Below are positions 17,728-28,174 of a DNA stretch of 64,000 bases, one piece after another; within the stretch, counting starts at the first letter, position 1; each line of letters begins with the position of its first letter. The notes beneath the pieces are model-generated. The model was given only the letters and a program-made list of their open reading frames with translations, had not been told where the DNA came from and did not search any database. The translations under genes were made by a program, and so were the position numbers. The stretch spans positions 1,984,001-2,048,000 of the forward strand of contig OY762654.1 of NCBI GenBank assembly GCA_963666205.1. Reading direction: 5' to 3'. The stretch comes from Synergistales bacterium. GTDB lineage: Bacteria; Synergistota; Synergistia; Synergistales; JAFGMB01.

Positions 17728-19425
17728 TCATATTTCCTCCTGAATCTGGATTGCACTTATTCCGCCGGCCCTTCCTGGAACCAGCCTGCTGATAACTACA
17801 ATTGCAAAAAGAACTATCCCTACAAGAATAACGCTGAAGGCGGCAGCAACTCCAAGTCTTCCTGAGCCCACCTGGCTGAGTATCTGGACTGTAAGTAGAT
17901 TCCAATGAGCGGACACCAGGAAAATGGCCGCGCTTATTGCCGTCATTGCCCGCACAAAGGCAAAAACCAGGCCCGAGAAGAAAGCAGGGGCTATGAGGGG
18001 AAGGGTGATCTTTCGGAAAGTCGTAACGCCATCGGCTCCAAGGTTGCGGGCTGCCTCTTCGATGGATGGATCTATCTGTCTGAGTACGGCAATACCTGAC
18101 TGTATTCCTACAGGGATGTACCTGAAAACGAAATTCAGTACAAGAATTGATAATGTGCCGATGAGAATAAGGGGCGGTTTGTTGAAGGCCAGAATGTAGC
18201 CTATACCAACAACAGTACCGGGGACAGCAAAGTTCAGGATAGATGTGAATTCAAGAGAGGCTTTGCCAGGAAAGGAAAGCCTGACCACCATAAAAGCTAT
18301 CAGCATGCCCAACAGGCCAGATACAGGAGTGGATAGCAGGGCTATTATCAGGGTGTCCTTTATGGTATCAAGGCCAACGCTGAAAGCATATATGAAATGT
18401 TTCAGGGTAAGGGTGAAATCATATCCCCAGACTGAAGTGAAAGCGCCCACTGTTATGGTTCCATAGAACATGATCACCAGCATGGCAAAGATCGTTACAC
18501 AAAAATAGAGGACCCTTCCTGCTCTCCTGCTGACCAGTTTTGATGATGAAGCCACTGGTTTGCCTGTAATGGTGGTGTACTGTTTTTTCTGGAGGTAATA
18601 TCTCTGGATCACAAATGCTGTTACTGAAGGTAGAAGAAGTACAACTGCAAGGGCGGCACCCAGGGGCAGATTGAAGGATCCGGTTATTTCGAGATATGCC
18701 TGGGTGGCGAGCATGGGGAAACGGCTTCCTGCCAGAACCAGGGGATTACCGAAATCTGCAAGGGATTCTATCATGACTACCAGGAAGGCGCTGGCTATTC
18801 CAGGCAGGCTCAGGGGCAGGGTTACTTTCATAAATGTCTGCATTCTTGTTGCTCCTACATTCATGGCAGCATCTTCCAGAGTAGGGTTGAGGGAATCCAG
18901 GACTCCCCTTAATGTCAGATATGCTACGGGAGCAAAGGTGAAGATCTGTGACAGAACTACCCCCTTGAATCCATAGATCGAAAAATTCCTGATCCCAAGG
19001 ACCCCCCGTGTTATAAGGCCGTGTGACCCAAAGAGCATAAGTATGGAGAGGGCGCTTGTAAAGGGAGGAGAAATGATAGGTAAAATAAAAAGTACATGGA
19101 GAAACCTTTTACAGGGTATGTTGGTCCTTACAATTGTAAAGGCAGCCAGATATCCTGTTACAACACCTGTAAAACCGGTTATAATGCCTACAAAAAGGCT
19201 GTTCCAGAGGGCATTACGCAGGTATCTGAAACGGATGAACCTGTTATAGTTGGCCAGTGAAAACCCTCCATCCATGGTCTGGAAGCTTTTTACCAGAACG
19301 GACAGCAGGGGATATATCACAAATATTATCAGAGACAGGGCTGTAAACCCTGTTAATAATGCAATGAAAGGGTCTCGCTTGAGTAATTGAAGGTCCCTCA
19401 TCCCTTTTCTTATCTTCTGATGCAT
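17728..19425 (-). CDS. ABC transporter permease with duplicated domain (FbpB-like)
   Basis: Two EAA-type loops (LEDAAMNVGA, IEEAARNLGA), SLADFGNP. Confidence 0.92.
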   Translation of the reverse strand: MHQKIRKGMRDLQLLKRDPFIALLTGFTALSLIIFVIYPLLSVLVKSFQTMDGGFSLANYNRFIRFRYLRNALWNSLFVGIITGFTGVVTGYLAAFTIVRTNIPCKRFLHVLFILPIISPPFTSALSILMLFGSHGLITRGVLGIRNFSIYGFKGVVLSQIFTFAPVAYLTLRGVLDSLNPTLEDAAMNVGATRMQTFMKVTLPLSLPGIASAFLVVMIESLADFGNPLVLAGSRFPMLATQAYLEITGSFNLPLGAALAVVLLLPSVTAFVIQRYYLQKKQYTTITGKPVASSSKLVSRRAGRVLYFCVTIFAMLVIMFYGTITVGAFTSVWGYDFTLTLKHFIYAFSVGLDTIKDTLIIALLSTPVSGLLGMLIAFMVVRLSFPGKASLEFTSILNFAVPGTVVGIGYILAFNKPPLILIGTLSILVLNFVFRYIPVGIQSGIAVLRQIDPSIEEAARNLGADGVTTFRKITLPLIAPAFFSGLVFAFVRAMTAISAAIFLVSAHWNLLTVQILSQVGSGRLGVAAAFSVILVGIVLFAIVVISRLVPGRAGGISAIQIQEEI

Positions 19426-19446
19426 TTAATCCTCCGCAATAAATAT

Positions 19447-19482
19447 TGCCCGGGCCTGAAAAGATCTTTTCAGGCCCGGGCA
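19447..19482. repeat. Perfect 36-bp palindrome between binding-protein and permease genes (intercistronic stem-loop)
   Basis: TGCCCGGGCCTGAAAAGA|TCTTTTCAGGCCCGGGCA. Confidence 0.85.
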
Positions 19483-19499
19483 TGGCTTGAATGATTTAT

Positions 19500-20513
19500 T
19501 TACTGTCCAAGCACTTCTGTTACCCAACGGTCAACGATACGACCCTTATCAGCCGCCGCTTTTTCCCTGTCATAGTCTATCAGTTGGATTTCAGCAAGGG
19601 ATGGAACCCCCTCTCCTGCTGATACATCTTTTCTTACGGGGAAAAAGTATGTCTTGACCTGACTGAGAGTGGTCTGGCCTTCCTTTGAAAGAATCCAGTC
19701 CACAAGGGCCCTGGCTTCATCCATATTCTTTGCACCCTTGAGAATGGATACTGCTGCTGCCTCATATCCCACACCCTCGGCAGGGAACACCACTTTGGCC
19801 GGGAAGCCCTGGTCCACTAATTTCAGGAATGCAGGGGTGAACTGAATGGCCAGAGATGTTTCTCTGATGGCCAGGTTCTTGCTGGGGCCAGTTCCGCTCT
19901 GGGTATAGGTCTGGACATTCGGGTTCATTTTTTTCATGAATGTGAAGGCTTCATCTTCCCCGAAAATGCTTATAAGGGTCTGGATCACGGCATAAGCTGT
20001 TCCGGAAGACTGTGGAGAAGGCATCTGTATCATACCTTTATAGGAAGGATCGGTTAGATCTGCCCATGCAGCAGGTTCCTTTACCCCTGCACCCTTGAGT
20101 TCTTCAGGAAGGATCCCGAAACCAAGGGGATTCATATAAAAGGCGTGCCAGTAGCCTTCCTTATCCTTGAAATTGTCGAGAAGTTCCTTAGCGGAAGGGG
20201 ATGCATAGGGTTGAGTAAGACCCCGGTCCCTGGCTACAATGTGGTTTTCGTTTGGAGCTCCGAACCATACATCAGCCTGGGGATTGTTCTTTTCAGCCTC
20301 TATCCGGCTCAAAGCCGGACCTGAAGAAAGAAATACCATATTTACTTTTATACCGGTAGTTTCAGAAAAAACATTTAGAATGTTTGTTGCGTTTTCCTCA
20401 TCGACGCTCGAATAAATAACAAGATTTCTGTCCGCTGCGATTGAGCATGCAGCAAAAGAAACAACCATTACCGCCAGGGTCAGAACTACTGTGAGCCTGG
20501 AAATTCTGAACAT
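19500..20513 (-). CDS. ABC substrate-binding protein (Fe3+/phosphonate/sugar-phosphate class, AfuA-like)
   Basis: Signal peptide; RIEAEKNNPQADVWFG, PSPQSSGTAY. Confidence 0.88.
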   Translation of the reverse strand: MFRISRLTVVLTLAVMVVSFAACSIAADRNLVIYSSVDEENATNILNVFSETTGIKVNMVFLSSGPALSRIEAEKNNPQADVWFGAPNENHIVARDRGLTQPYASPSAKELLDNFKDKEGYWHAFYMNPLGFGILPEELKGAGVKEPAAWADLTDPSYKGMIQMPSPQSSGTAYAVIQTLISIFGEDEAFTFMKKMNPNVQTYTQSGTGPSKNLAIRETSLAIQFTPAFLKLVDQGFPAKVVFPAEGVGYEAAAVSILKGAKNMDEARALVDWILSKEGQTTLSQVKTYFFPVRKDVSAGEGVPSLAEIQLIDYDREKAAADKGRIVDRWVTEVLGQ

Positions 20514-20792
20514 GAAATTACCCCCCTTACTTTTTTTAAAAAATGTTGTGACCTTTAATGGAATATATCACAAAGGTAGCAATGGAACAATCTGTTGCAT
20601 CTATTCATATTATGTAAGGGAACATAAATAGTATCCATATCGGAGGAAAAGGAGATAATTTTATTTAGGGAAGGAGATCTGCACCTTCCTGTTGCATATG
20701 TTGAGTTTCTTATACAATATGGGGTTTACAAATTTGTCATTAAAGGGTAACAATCAATATCAGTTAATTATCAGAAAAGGCTGGTGATATGG

Positions 20793-21143
20793 ATGTTTGT
20801 CAAAGATGAAAATGCAACTGTTACTAAGGTATTTGAAGCAAGAGGCGGAGAAGGGTTTGTAAATGGAAGAAACTATATAAGTCCCGAAAATGCTCCTGAA
20901 GGAAGTGTTTTCAGGATGGTTGCCATCATGACCCTTGAACCTGGTGCATCAGTGGGATACCATGTCCACGAGAATAATGAGGAAGTTTACAGCATCCTTT
21001 CCGGCAGTGGTATATATAGTGATAACGGCAAGGAGATAGAAGTGGGACCTGGCGATACCACCCTTGCTCCGAGAGGAACTGGCCACGGAATAAAAAACAG
21101 CGGTGATGCTCCTCTTGTTTTCTTTGCAGTTATAGCTGAATAG
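20793..21143 (+). CDS. Cupin domain protein
   Basis: GYHVHENNEEVY...GTGHGIKN cupin metal motifs. Confidence 0.88.
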   Translation: MFVKDENATVTKVFEARGGEGFVNGRNYISPENAPEGSVFRMVAIMTLEPGASVGYHVHENNEEVYSILSGSGIYSDNGKEIEVGPGDTTLAPRGTGHGIKNSGDAPLVFFAVIAE

Positions 21144-21163
21144 ATAAAAGGCTTAACATATAG

Positions 21164-21194
21164 ACAGGGACTCTCCGAAAGGGAGAGCCCCTGT
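21164..21194. terminator. Hairpin between convergent genes
   Basis: ACAGGGACTCTCC-GAAAG-GGAGAGCCCCTGT. Confidence 0.6.
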
Positions 21195-21198
21195 TTCA

Positions 21199-22179
21199 TC
21201 AGGTCTTTTTCTTGAGTTTTAAAAATCCCTTCTGCATTTTTCCCTGAAAGGATATATTTTCAAGAGAAAGAAGTATTACTGCCATAACTATCAGAATTCC
21301 GCCCTTGAAGGCGTTAGCAGAGGGTATCTCGTTGAGAAATATCCATGACCAGAACATGGCGAAGGGTATCTCAGTCATTGAAACGATTGCTGCGACCCCT
21401 CCAGAAACGACCCGAAGAGAAAGCATAAGTATGCCGAATGCACCTATCCCGGGGAAAATGGTGAGATAAAGGACGGATAACCAGGCTTCCCAGTCAGTTA
21501 CCAGGAGCATGTTTAATTGCCCCGTAGCGAAAAAAATCATCCAGAGGCAAAGTGCTCCCCATAGAAACATCTGGACGTAAGCTTTAAGTGGGTCATCCTT
21601 CCCCATTCCATGTTTGCCATTGAGCACATAAACAGCATATCCAAATCCAGCTCCAAGGGCTGCAATCAACCCCATTACGTTGTAGGGCTGGAACTTTATC
21701 CCCCCAACTGCCAGCCAGACTCCAGATATTCCCACTAAAAGAGTTAGTACCTGGAACCAGGTTACTTTTTCTTTCCAGAATACCCTTGCCATTACCATCA
21801 CCCAGAAAGGGGCAGTGTTAATGAGTAGAAAGGTCAGGCCTATTGGTATTCGTCCCATAGCAAAGGCTGCTGAAGTATGGCCTATAGCTACTCCGAAAAG
21901 CCCGCTTATCAAACATGGGAATATATCCATTCTTTGCAATATAAATACATCTTTTCTCCTTGTGTAGAGTGCATATATAACCATAATTATAGCTGCGAAG
22001 GTTGTCCTGAAGAGAGCCAGTGTTAAAGGAGTCATGCCATGGGAGTAACTTATTCTTACCGGAGCTCCTTCGGAACCCCAGAGTGCCCCGGAAACAACCA
22101 GGGATAATACCCCGATAACATAAAGGAGATTTGAACTTGAGTGTAAGGGGTTTCCCATTGGTTTTCTTTTGAACGCCAT
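21199..22179 (-). CDS. EamA/DMT family transporter (paralogue 1)
   Basis: About 10 TM segments; LINTAPFWV, AAIVSMTEIPFA. Confidence 0.9.
   Translation of the reverse strand: MAFKRKPMGNPLHSSSNLLYVIGVLSLVVSGALWGSEGAPVRISYSHGMTPLTLALFRTTFAAIIMVIYALYTRRKDVFILQRMDIFPCLISGLFGVAIGHTSAAFAMGRIPIGLTFLLINTAPFWVMVMARVFWKEKVTWFQVLTLLVGISGVWLAVGGIKFQPYNVMGLIAALGAGFGYAVYVLNGKHGMGKDDPLKAYVQMFLWGALCLWMIFFATGQLNMLLVTDWEAWLSVLYLTIFPGIGAFGILMLSLRVVSGGVAAIVSMTEIPFAMFWSWIFLNEIPSANAFKGGILIVMAVILLSLENISFQGKMQKGFLKLKKKT
21290..21426. repeat. 137-bp perfect direct repeat copy 1
   Basis: Identical to 29800-29936. Confidence 0.95.
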
Positions 22180-22278
22180 TTATTAAACCTCGTAATCTTC
22201 AGATGACTGAAATATGAATGACAGGGGATGGCCATAATGGCCATCCCCACTAATGTCATATTATCCGTAAAAAAGATG

Positions 22279-23403
22279 CTAGAACCAGTGTGGCTCGTCC
22301 CAGAGCTTAAGTTCCTGGCCTATACCTTTTTTGAGGGCATTCTGATAAACACTATATCCCCATGCCACATCTTCAACAGGCATTCCACCAGTTATAAATA
22401 CTATCTTTTCCTTGTCATCTTTTCTGCCCGGGACTTTACCGCATGCTATATCCCCAAGGCTTCTTATGTCTTCGTGCTTCATTTTTTGATCAAGTATCAG
22501 TTGAATAACAGGAGCCGAAGGGGCCCAGGTTAGAATACTTTCGATTCCCTGGGGATGTTCTTCTCCTTCAGTCATCCATGCCTGGTGCATTTTCCAGTTA
22601 TCAGCTATTACTGTATTGTCCAGGTAGCAGTCGTCGCTCAATTCCGCGGTCCCTGTGAGGGTAAGGAGAGCACCTTCCTTGAGCCATTCTGTGGGAATAG
22701 TGGCCTTTTTTGCACCGGCAGTGGCAATGCTTATAACGTCTGCTTTTCTTATGCATTCTTCAAGAGAGTCTACCGGAGTTACCTTGAGCCCAGTGACCTT
22801 CTCCATTTCTTCTTTAAATGCAATTGATTTCTCCGGGAAAATATCGTAAATCAGGGCTTCTTCAAGAGAAGGAGTTCCTTCGGCAATGGCCATGAGACAG
22901 GCCCTGCTTATTACTCCAGCTCCGACTACACCACATACCTTGGAATCCTTGCGGGCTAGATATTTAGCAGCTACTCCCGGCACGGAACCTGTTCTCATCG
23001 CACTGATAAGGTTGCCGGACATTATGGCCAGAGGTTCTGAAGTGACGGCATCGTTTAGCATTACTGTAAGAATAGATCTTGGCAGGCCGGATTTTGGATT
23101 TTCAATATTTGAACCATACCATTTTTCACCGCATACGTTGAATCTTCCTCCAAGATAGGTAACCATTGCCATGAACCTTCTATCCGGACCATTGACGGGC
23201 ATATTGGGAAAACGTTTTTCTTCAGGGAACCATATCATCAGGCCATGTTCATTTTCCCTGGGGCCGCCCATCAAATAGTCACCCTCGCCAAGGAGATGAA
23301 AAGCTTCATCTATTACCTTGACGCACTCTTTCATATCCAAGACCCCGGCTTCTATCATTTCAGGTTCTGAAAGATATAAAAACTTTACTTCTTTTCCCTT
23401 CAT
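22279..23403 (-). CDS. Ornithine cyclodeaminase/mu-crystallin family oxidoreductase (paralogue A)
   Basis: DRRFMAM..YLGG, GEKWYGSN, LISAMRTG, GAGVIS, GGMPVEDVAWG. Confidence 0.9.
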   Translation of the reverse strand: MKGKEVKFLYLSEPEMIEAGVLDMKECVKVIDEAFHLLGEGDYLMGGPRENEHGLMIWFPEEKRFPNMPVNGPDRRFMAMVTYLGGRFNVCGEKWYGSNIENPKSGLPRSILTVMLNDAVTSEPLAIMSGNLISAMRTGSVPGVAAKYLARKDSKVCGVVGAGVISRACLMAIAEGTPSLEEALIYDIFPEKSIAFKEEMEKVTGLKVTPVDSLEECIRKADVISIATAGAKKATIPTEWLKEGALLTLTGTAELSDDCYLDNTVIADNWKMHQAWMTEGEEHPQGIESILTWAPSAPVIQLILDQKMKHEDIRSLGDIACGKVPGRKDDKEKIVFITGGMPVEDVAWGYSVYQNALKKGIGQELKLWDEPHWF

Positions 23404-23465
23404 AATAAAAACCTCCTTTATGAAATAATTATCCAGAATCAGTTGCTGAAATTGAGTTGTTTATT

Positions 23466-24590
23466 TTAGAACCAGTGAGGTTCGTTCCAGAGTTTAAGCT
23501 CTTGTCCGATGCCTTTCTTCAAGGCATTCTGATATACGGTGAAACTCCATGCCAGATCCTCGGTCGGCAGGCCCCCGGTTATACATACGGTTCTTTCCCT
23601 GCTGTTTTCCCTACCAGGTTTTTTGCCGGAAATAATATCGCCAAGGCTTACCACGTCGTCGTCTTTCATCTTTCCATCCTTAATATATTTAAAGAGGTAT
23701 TTGCTAGCCAGACCAAAATGTTTTTCAATGTCAAGGCCTTTAAGTTCTTCTCTGAAAGCCATATGCATTTTCCAATGGTCTACCACGACTTTTTCCGGTA
23801 CATTCAATAGATAATCGGGTTCAAATGATACACCAGCAGGAAGGGCCAGGTATGCCCCTTCTTTTACCCATTCCGGTTTGATATGTGGTGAAGCCTTTCC
23901 TGAAGCTGCCACATTTATTACATCTGATCCCACCACACACTCTTCAAGAGAGCCGACGGGGTGGACATTAAGGCCAAGTTCTTTAGACATCTCTTCACAG
24001 AAAGAAGCAGCCCTTTCCTGGTTAAGATCAAAGACTTTGACCTCTTCCAGATCTTTAAGGACATATGCGAGGGACATGAGAGAAGCTTTACTGATTACAC
24101 CTGCAGCGACAATACCTGCAACTTTAGAGTCAGGTCTTGCAAGGTATCTTGCACCTACTCCCGGGATGGCTCCTGTTCTCATTGCGCTGACAAGATTTCC
24201 CGACATGAAAGCAAGGGGTTCTGAGGTATCGGGGTCGTTCAAAATGATGTTGAGGATAGATCGGGGTAGTCCTCTTGAAGGGTTGATTATATGTGAGCCG
24301 TACCATTTTTCTCCGCACACATTGAATTTTCCCCCCAGATAGCCAACCATGGCCATGAATCTTCTGTCAGGTCCAAGCACTGGCATATTAGGGAATTCAG
24401 ATGTTTCCGGGAACTCAATTTTGATCCCATGAGAATTCCGGGAAGCTCCTCCAAGAAGATAGTCGCCTTTTCCCATAAGATCGAACATCTCTACCATCGT
24501 TTCTACACATTGGCCCATATCAAGGACACCTGCTTCGATCATATCTTCCTCTGAGAGGAAAAGAAACTTGACACTTTTACCTTTTACCAT
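23466..24590 (-). CDS. Ornithine cyclodeaminase/mu-crystallin family oxidoreductase (paralogue B, tandem duplicate of A)
   Basis: DRRFMAMVGYLGG, GEKWYGSH, VSAMRTGA, GGLPTEDLAW; C-terminus near-identical to paralogue A. Confidence 0.9.
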   Translation of the reverse strand: MVKGKSVKFLFLSEEDMIEAGVLDMGQCVETMVEMFDLMGKGDYLLGGASRNSHGIKIEFPETSEFPNMPVLGPDRRFMAMVGYLGGKFNVCGEKWYGSHIINPSRGLPRSILNIILNDPDTSEPLAFMSGNLVSAMRTGAIPGVGARYLARPDSKVAGIVAAGVISKASLMSLAYVLKDLEEVKVFDLNQERAASFCEEMSKELGLNVHPVGSLEECVVGSDVINVAASGKASPHIKPEWVKEGAYLALPAGVSFEPDYLLNVPEKVVVDHWKMHMAFREELKGLDIEKHFGLASKYLFKYIKDGKMKDDDVVSLGDIISGKKPGRENSRERTVCITGGLPTEDLAWSFTVYQNALKKGIGQELKLWNEPHWF

Positions 24591-24687
24591 GAATAAACCC
24601 CCCTTGGTTTAACTTCGAAATACAGGGGGAGTATGAACTCCCCCGTAAATGTCAATAACGAATTAAAAACAGACCGCTTAAATCTGG

Positions 24688-26094
24688 CTATTCAGCCCCA
24701 GCTTCTTCAGGTAAGACCTTAGAAGGTCTGGCAATTGGCAGTTTTGAATACCACCATTTCATTACCATCGGCGCCACGAGGAAAAATGCCAGGTATGCTC
24801 CTGCCGGACCTAACAAAGTCCAGAACTTGCCAGTTGACAGAAGGATCGGGCCAACGGATACCATGAGAATGTCTGTGATAACGACTATAGGAGTGATAAT
24901 TGCAGTATCATCAAGAGTTTTGGATCTCATGTCAGGATCTACTATACGGAGAAGAGCAAAACCGATGGCAAAAACTCCAGTGCAATATCCGTAAACGAAG
25001 ATTCCTCTCTCGAACCAGTCCTGCCTGTTCATCCTGGGGGCAAGGAATAAGAAGCCTCCTACCACGACAAAGATTCCCAGGATCATGAGCATGGAGAAGG
25101 GGGCCCAATACTTTAAAACAACGGGCAACTTGATAGAGGCTACTCCAAAGAAGACAAGGTAATCTGTAAAGGCGCTTCCCATCCTTCCAACCAGTTTCCG
25201 ATCCACGTATTTATAGGCTCCGCAGGGCTTCAGCAGATAGTAGAAGGCCACTGCAACTATGAAAGCCATGGAGAATGTCGGGACATGAAGACCAAACTGG
25301 GAATTTATCAATTGAGCCGCTATACGACCGATACCTGCCGGGAAAAATATTAATGCCAGATGCCAGGCTAGGGGGTCAATAGATATTGGAGATACTGTTT
25401 CTGAGCCAATAGAAACTCTCTTTTCGAGAGGGATAAGACCAGTTTGAAGTTCTTCCGGAAGGCTGCCAAAATCTTTAACGTAAGATGTGATTCCACGTTT
25501 AGTAGCCCACTTGATCAGAATAACTCCGCCAAATATACCTGCCATAATTCCTATGGTTGCCGACGTCATGGCGAGGTCTGTTGCGTCAGCCCATCCGTAG
25601 GCAGCGAACGTTTTTCCTACTGCTGCAGCTGTTCCGTGTCCACCTACAAAACCAGCGCCAAGAAGCATCCCGAATCCTGGGTGAATAGTTGGGAAAATCC
25701 TGTTAAGTACATAAATTCCGAAAACGATGGGGACGAAATATTGAAGCATATATGAAACTTCTTTGAAGCACATATAACTTCCTATGCGCTCAACATCTTT
25801 CTTGAAACCTCCCTTTGATATTTCAAAACCGCGAAGTCCGATGGAAACGAAGACAAGAACTATTAGCATTCCTGAATATCTTCCCATCTGATCTGAGAAT
25901 GGTATAAAACCGAATCCTCTGGGACCAAGGGCAAGACCGACAAAACCGGCGATAAGACTTGCAGGGACGAAAAAACTCTGGAAAAACTTCACTTTAGCTC
26001 TTAATAACTGTCCGACAAGGATAAATCCACTGGCAAAGGCCAGATCAAGTAAAAAACTGTAAACATCAAAAGTTTCGGCAAAGATTGACAACAT
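24688..26094 (-). CDS. Sodium/glutamate symporter (GltS/ESS family)
   Basis: VPASLIAGFVGL, GFVGGHGTAAA, LLRIVDP. Confidence 0.88.
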   Translation of the reverse strand: MLSIFAETFDVYSFLLDLAFASGFILVGQLLRAKVKFFQSFFVPASLIAGFVGLALGPRGFGFIPFSDQMGRYSGMLIVLVFVSIGLRGFEISKGGFKKDVERIGSYMCFKEVSYMLQYFVPIVFGIYVLNRIFPTIHPGFGMLLGAGFVGGHGTAAAVGKTFAAYGWADATDLAMTSATIGIMAGIFGGVILIKWATKRGITSYVKDFGSLPEELQTGLIPLEKRVSIGSETVSPISIDPLAWHLALIFFPAGIGRIAAQLINSQFGLHVPTFSMAFIVAVAFYYLLKPCGAYKYVDRKLVGRMGSAFTDYLVFFGVASIKLPVVLKYWAPFSMLMILGIFVVVGGFLFLAPRMNRQDWFERGIFVYGYCTGVFAIGFALLRIVDPDMRSKTLDDTAIITPIVVITDILMVSVGPILLSTGKFWTLLGPAGAYLAFFLVAPMVMKWWYSKLPIARPSKVLPEEAGAE

Positions 26095-26222
26095 TCACTC
26101 CCCCTTATCTGGAAAATAATGGCTATGTTTCCAATCCGGCAATACTGGAAAGATTGTACTTTCTATTACCAATACCAAACCTCCTTTTTTGTAGTAAATT
26201 GATAGAGCTGGGTAAATATGAT

Positions 26223-26275
26223 AAGAAAGATCCATTTCTTAAACTACTATAAAATAGAAAGAAATGTTTCTTTCT
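26223..26275. promoter_or_regulatory. Two palindromic candidate RpiR operators in a divergent intergenic region
   Basis: AAGAAAGATCCATTTCTT (26223-26240) and AGAAAGAAATGTTTCTTTCT (26256-26275). Confidence 0.45.
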
Positions 26276-26368
26276 TAGTAAAGATAGTAGAAGAAATAAA
26301 ACATGTCAAGTATAATAATCTGTATTGGTGTTCTTATCCATGTTTCCGAAGAGAGGAAAGAGAAAATA

Positions 26369-27337
26369 ATGTCTAAAGCTTCTTTTTTACATATAGGTGA
26401 AAGAATGGAAAAATTTCCGACTCAACAGAAAAATGTCTGTAAGTATATTCAGGATCATTACGATAAAGTAGCCTTTATGACAGTGGAACAGCTTGCTGAA
26501 AATGTCGGGGTGAGCCCTGCCACAATAGTAAGGACTGTTGACCGGATGGGATATCCAAACTACCAGGCACTTAAGGATGAAATAGTCAGTGTCATCCTTT
26601 CAACAAAATCTCCCTCTACCAGCCAGTTGGAAGAGTATTGGGATGCACTTCTATCTGCCAAGCTCCCAACCCGTCATCAGTTGGAAGATTCCTGGAATGA
26701 GCCCCTCAACGAAAACAAGCTTATTGCTATTGCCAGGAAGAATGCAGCTGGAATCCAGACGATGCTGACGCCCCATCTTATTGATAACTTCGGCAAAGCA
26801 GTTTCGATTCTTGGCGGTTCAAAAAGAATAATGATAATGGGACAGAGATCCAGCAGGAGTGCCGCACTGTATTTTTATCTTCTGCTCAGGGAGTTCCTTC
26901 CTGCTGTACAACTGGTAGGAACTTACGGGACAGATGGTATGTATGAAGAATTATTTGATCTTAATGCCAATGATTCGTTATTCGCTATTTCTTATGGTAG
27001 CCCACTGTATGCAAAAAGAACCATTGATGCAGTTCGATTTATGTCAGAAAGAGAAATTCCCGTAGTGCTTCTCACGGATAGCCTTAAAAATCCTGCAGTT
27101 CCCCTTGCCTCACAGGTTCTGCTCGTACCGTCAATTGCAGATCACTACAGTCTTGTTCCGGTTATTACAGTTCTGGATGCACTCATTGCCGAGGTGGGAA
27201 GGAACAATCTTAACCCGGCAAAACGGAGATTAAGGAATCTCTGGAAAGTGTTATCTGAATCGGATATAACTGTTTCTACTCCAGAACTTCAGGAAGAAAT
27301 GGAGCGGAGGGTTTCTGATGGATGGTCTGCAAAATAG
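26369..27337 (+). CDS. RpiR/MurR family regulator (HTH plus SIS)
   Basis: AFMTVEQLAENVGVSPATIVR, IMGQRSS, VVLLTDSLKNP; start at MSKASF after GAGG. Confidence 0.9.
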   Translation: MSKASFLHIGERMEKFPTQQKNVCKYIQDHYDKVAFMTVEQLAENVGVSPATIVRTVDRMGYPNYQALKDEIVSVILSTKSPSTSQLEEYWDALLSAKLPTRHQLEDSWNEPLNENKLIAIARKNAAGIQTMLTPHLIDNFGKAVSILGGSKRIMIMGQRSSRSAALYFYLLLREFLPAVQLVGTYGTDGMYEELFDLNANDSLFAISYGSPLYAKRTIDAVRFMSEREIPVVLLTDSLKNPAVPLASQVLLVPSIADHYSLVPVITVLDALIAEVGRNNLNPAKRRLRNLWKVLSESDITVSTPELQEEMERRVSDGWSAK

Positions 27338-27370
27338 AGAACAAAATTATACAGGGAGGTAATTAGATCT

Positions 27371-28174
27371 ATGTCTGGAATCACTTCATTGTTGAAAGAA
27401 AAAAAGACTATTATAGGAATGGTACATTTTCCTCCTTTGCCTGGAACTCCTTTATATCGTGAAGAATGCGGCATGGACTGCATTCTGGACAGGGTGTCCA
27501 ACGATCTTAAGGCCCTTCAGGATGGCGGTATAGATGCGGTTATGTTCTGTAATGAAAATGATCGGCCTTATTCATTAAGTGCAGATTTTTCTACTGTATC
27601 TTCCATGAGTTTTATTATTGGACAGATCTCTCGCGAAATCTCGGTTCCCTTTGGTGTTGATGTTCTTTGGGATCCTAAAGCAGCTATTGCTATTGCCAAG
27701 GCCACCGGCGCATCCTTTATAAGAGAGGTTATTACAGGAAATTATTCTTCAGACATGGGATATTGGAATACGAACGTTGGTGATCTCTACCGCTATCGCA
27801 AATTGATAGATGCAGATAATGTTGAGGTACTCTTCAATATCTCAGCTGAATTTGCAAGTAGCACAGACAGACGGCCACTGGAGGAAATCGCAAGAAGCGT
27901 TGTGTTTTCCTCTCTTGCTGATGGGATCCTTGTTTCAGGTCCCATGACGGGCCTTCCCACATCTCGGGAGCAGCTTTGCAAAGTAAAACAAGCAGTCGGA
28001 GATGTTCCTGTCCTTGCCAACACAGGAGTCAAGCAGGCCAATGTCTCAGAATTGCTGGAAATGGCAGATGGTGCCATTGTCGGAACTTCTCTCAAAAAGG
28101 ATGGTGTAACCTGGAATCCCGTAGATTCAGCTAGAGTCATAAACCTTATGCAGCAAGTGAACAGCCTGAAATGA
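27371..28174 (+). CDS. BtpA/SgcQ family TIM-barrel protein
   Basis: IIGMVHFPPLPG, FCNENDRPY, VSGPMTG, ANTGV, DGAIVGTSLK. Confidence 0.92.
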   Translation: MSGITSLLKEKKTIIGMVHFPPLPGTPLYREECGMDCILDRVSNDLKALQDGGIDAVMFCNENDRPYSLSADFSTVSSMSFIIGQISREISVPFGVDVLWDPKAAIAIAKATGASFIREVITGNYSSDMGYWNTNVGDLYRYRKLIDADNVEVLFNISAEFASSTDRRPLEEIARSVVFSSLADGILVSGPMTGLPTSREQLCKVKQAVGDVPVLANTGVKQANVSELLEMADGAIVGTSLKKDGVTWNPVDSARVINLMQQVNSLK

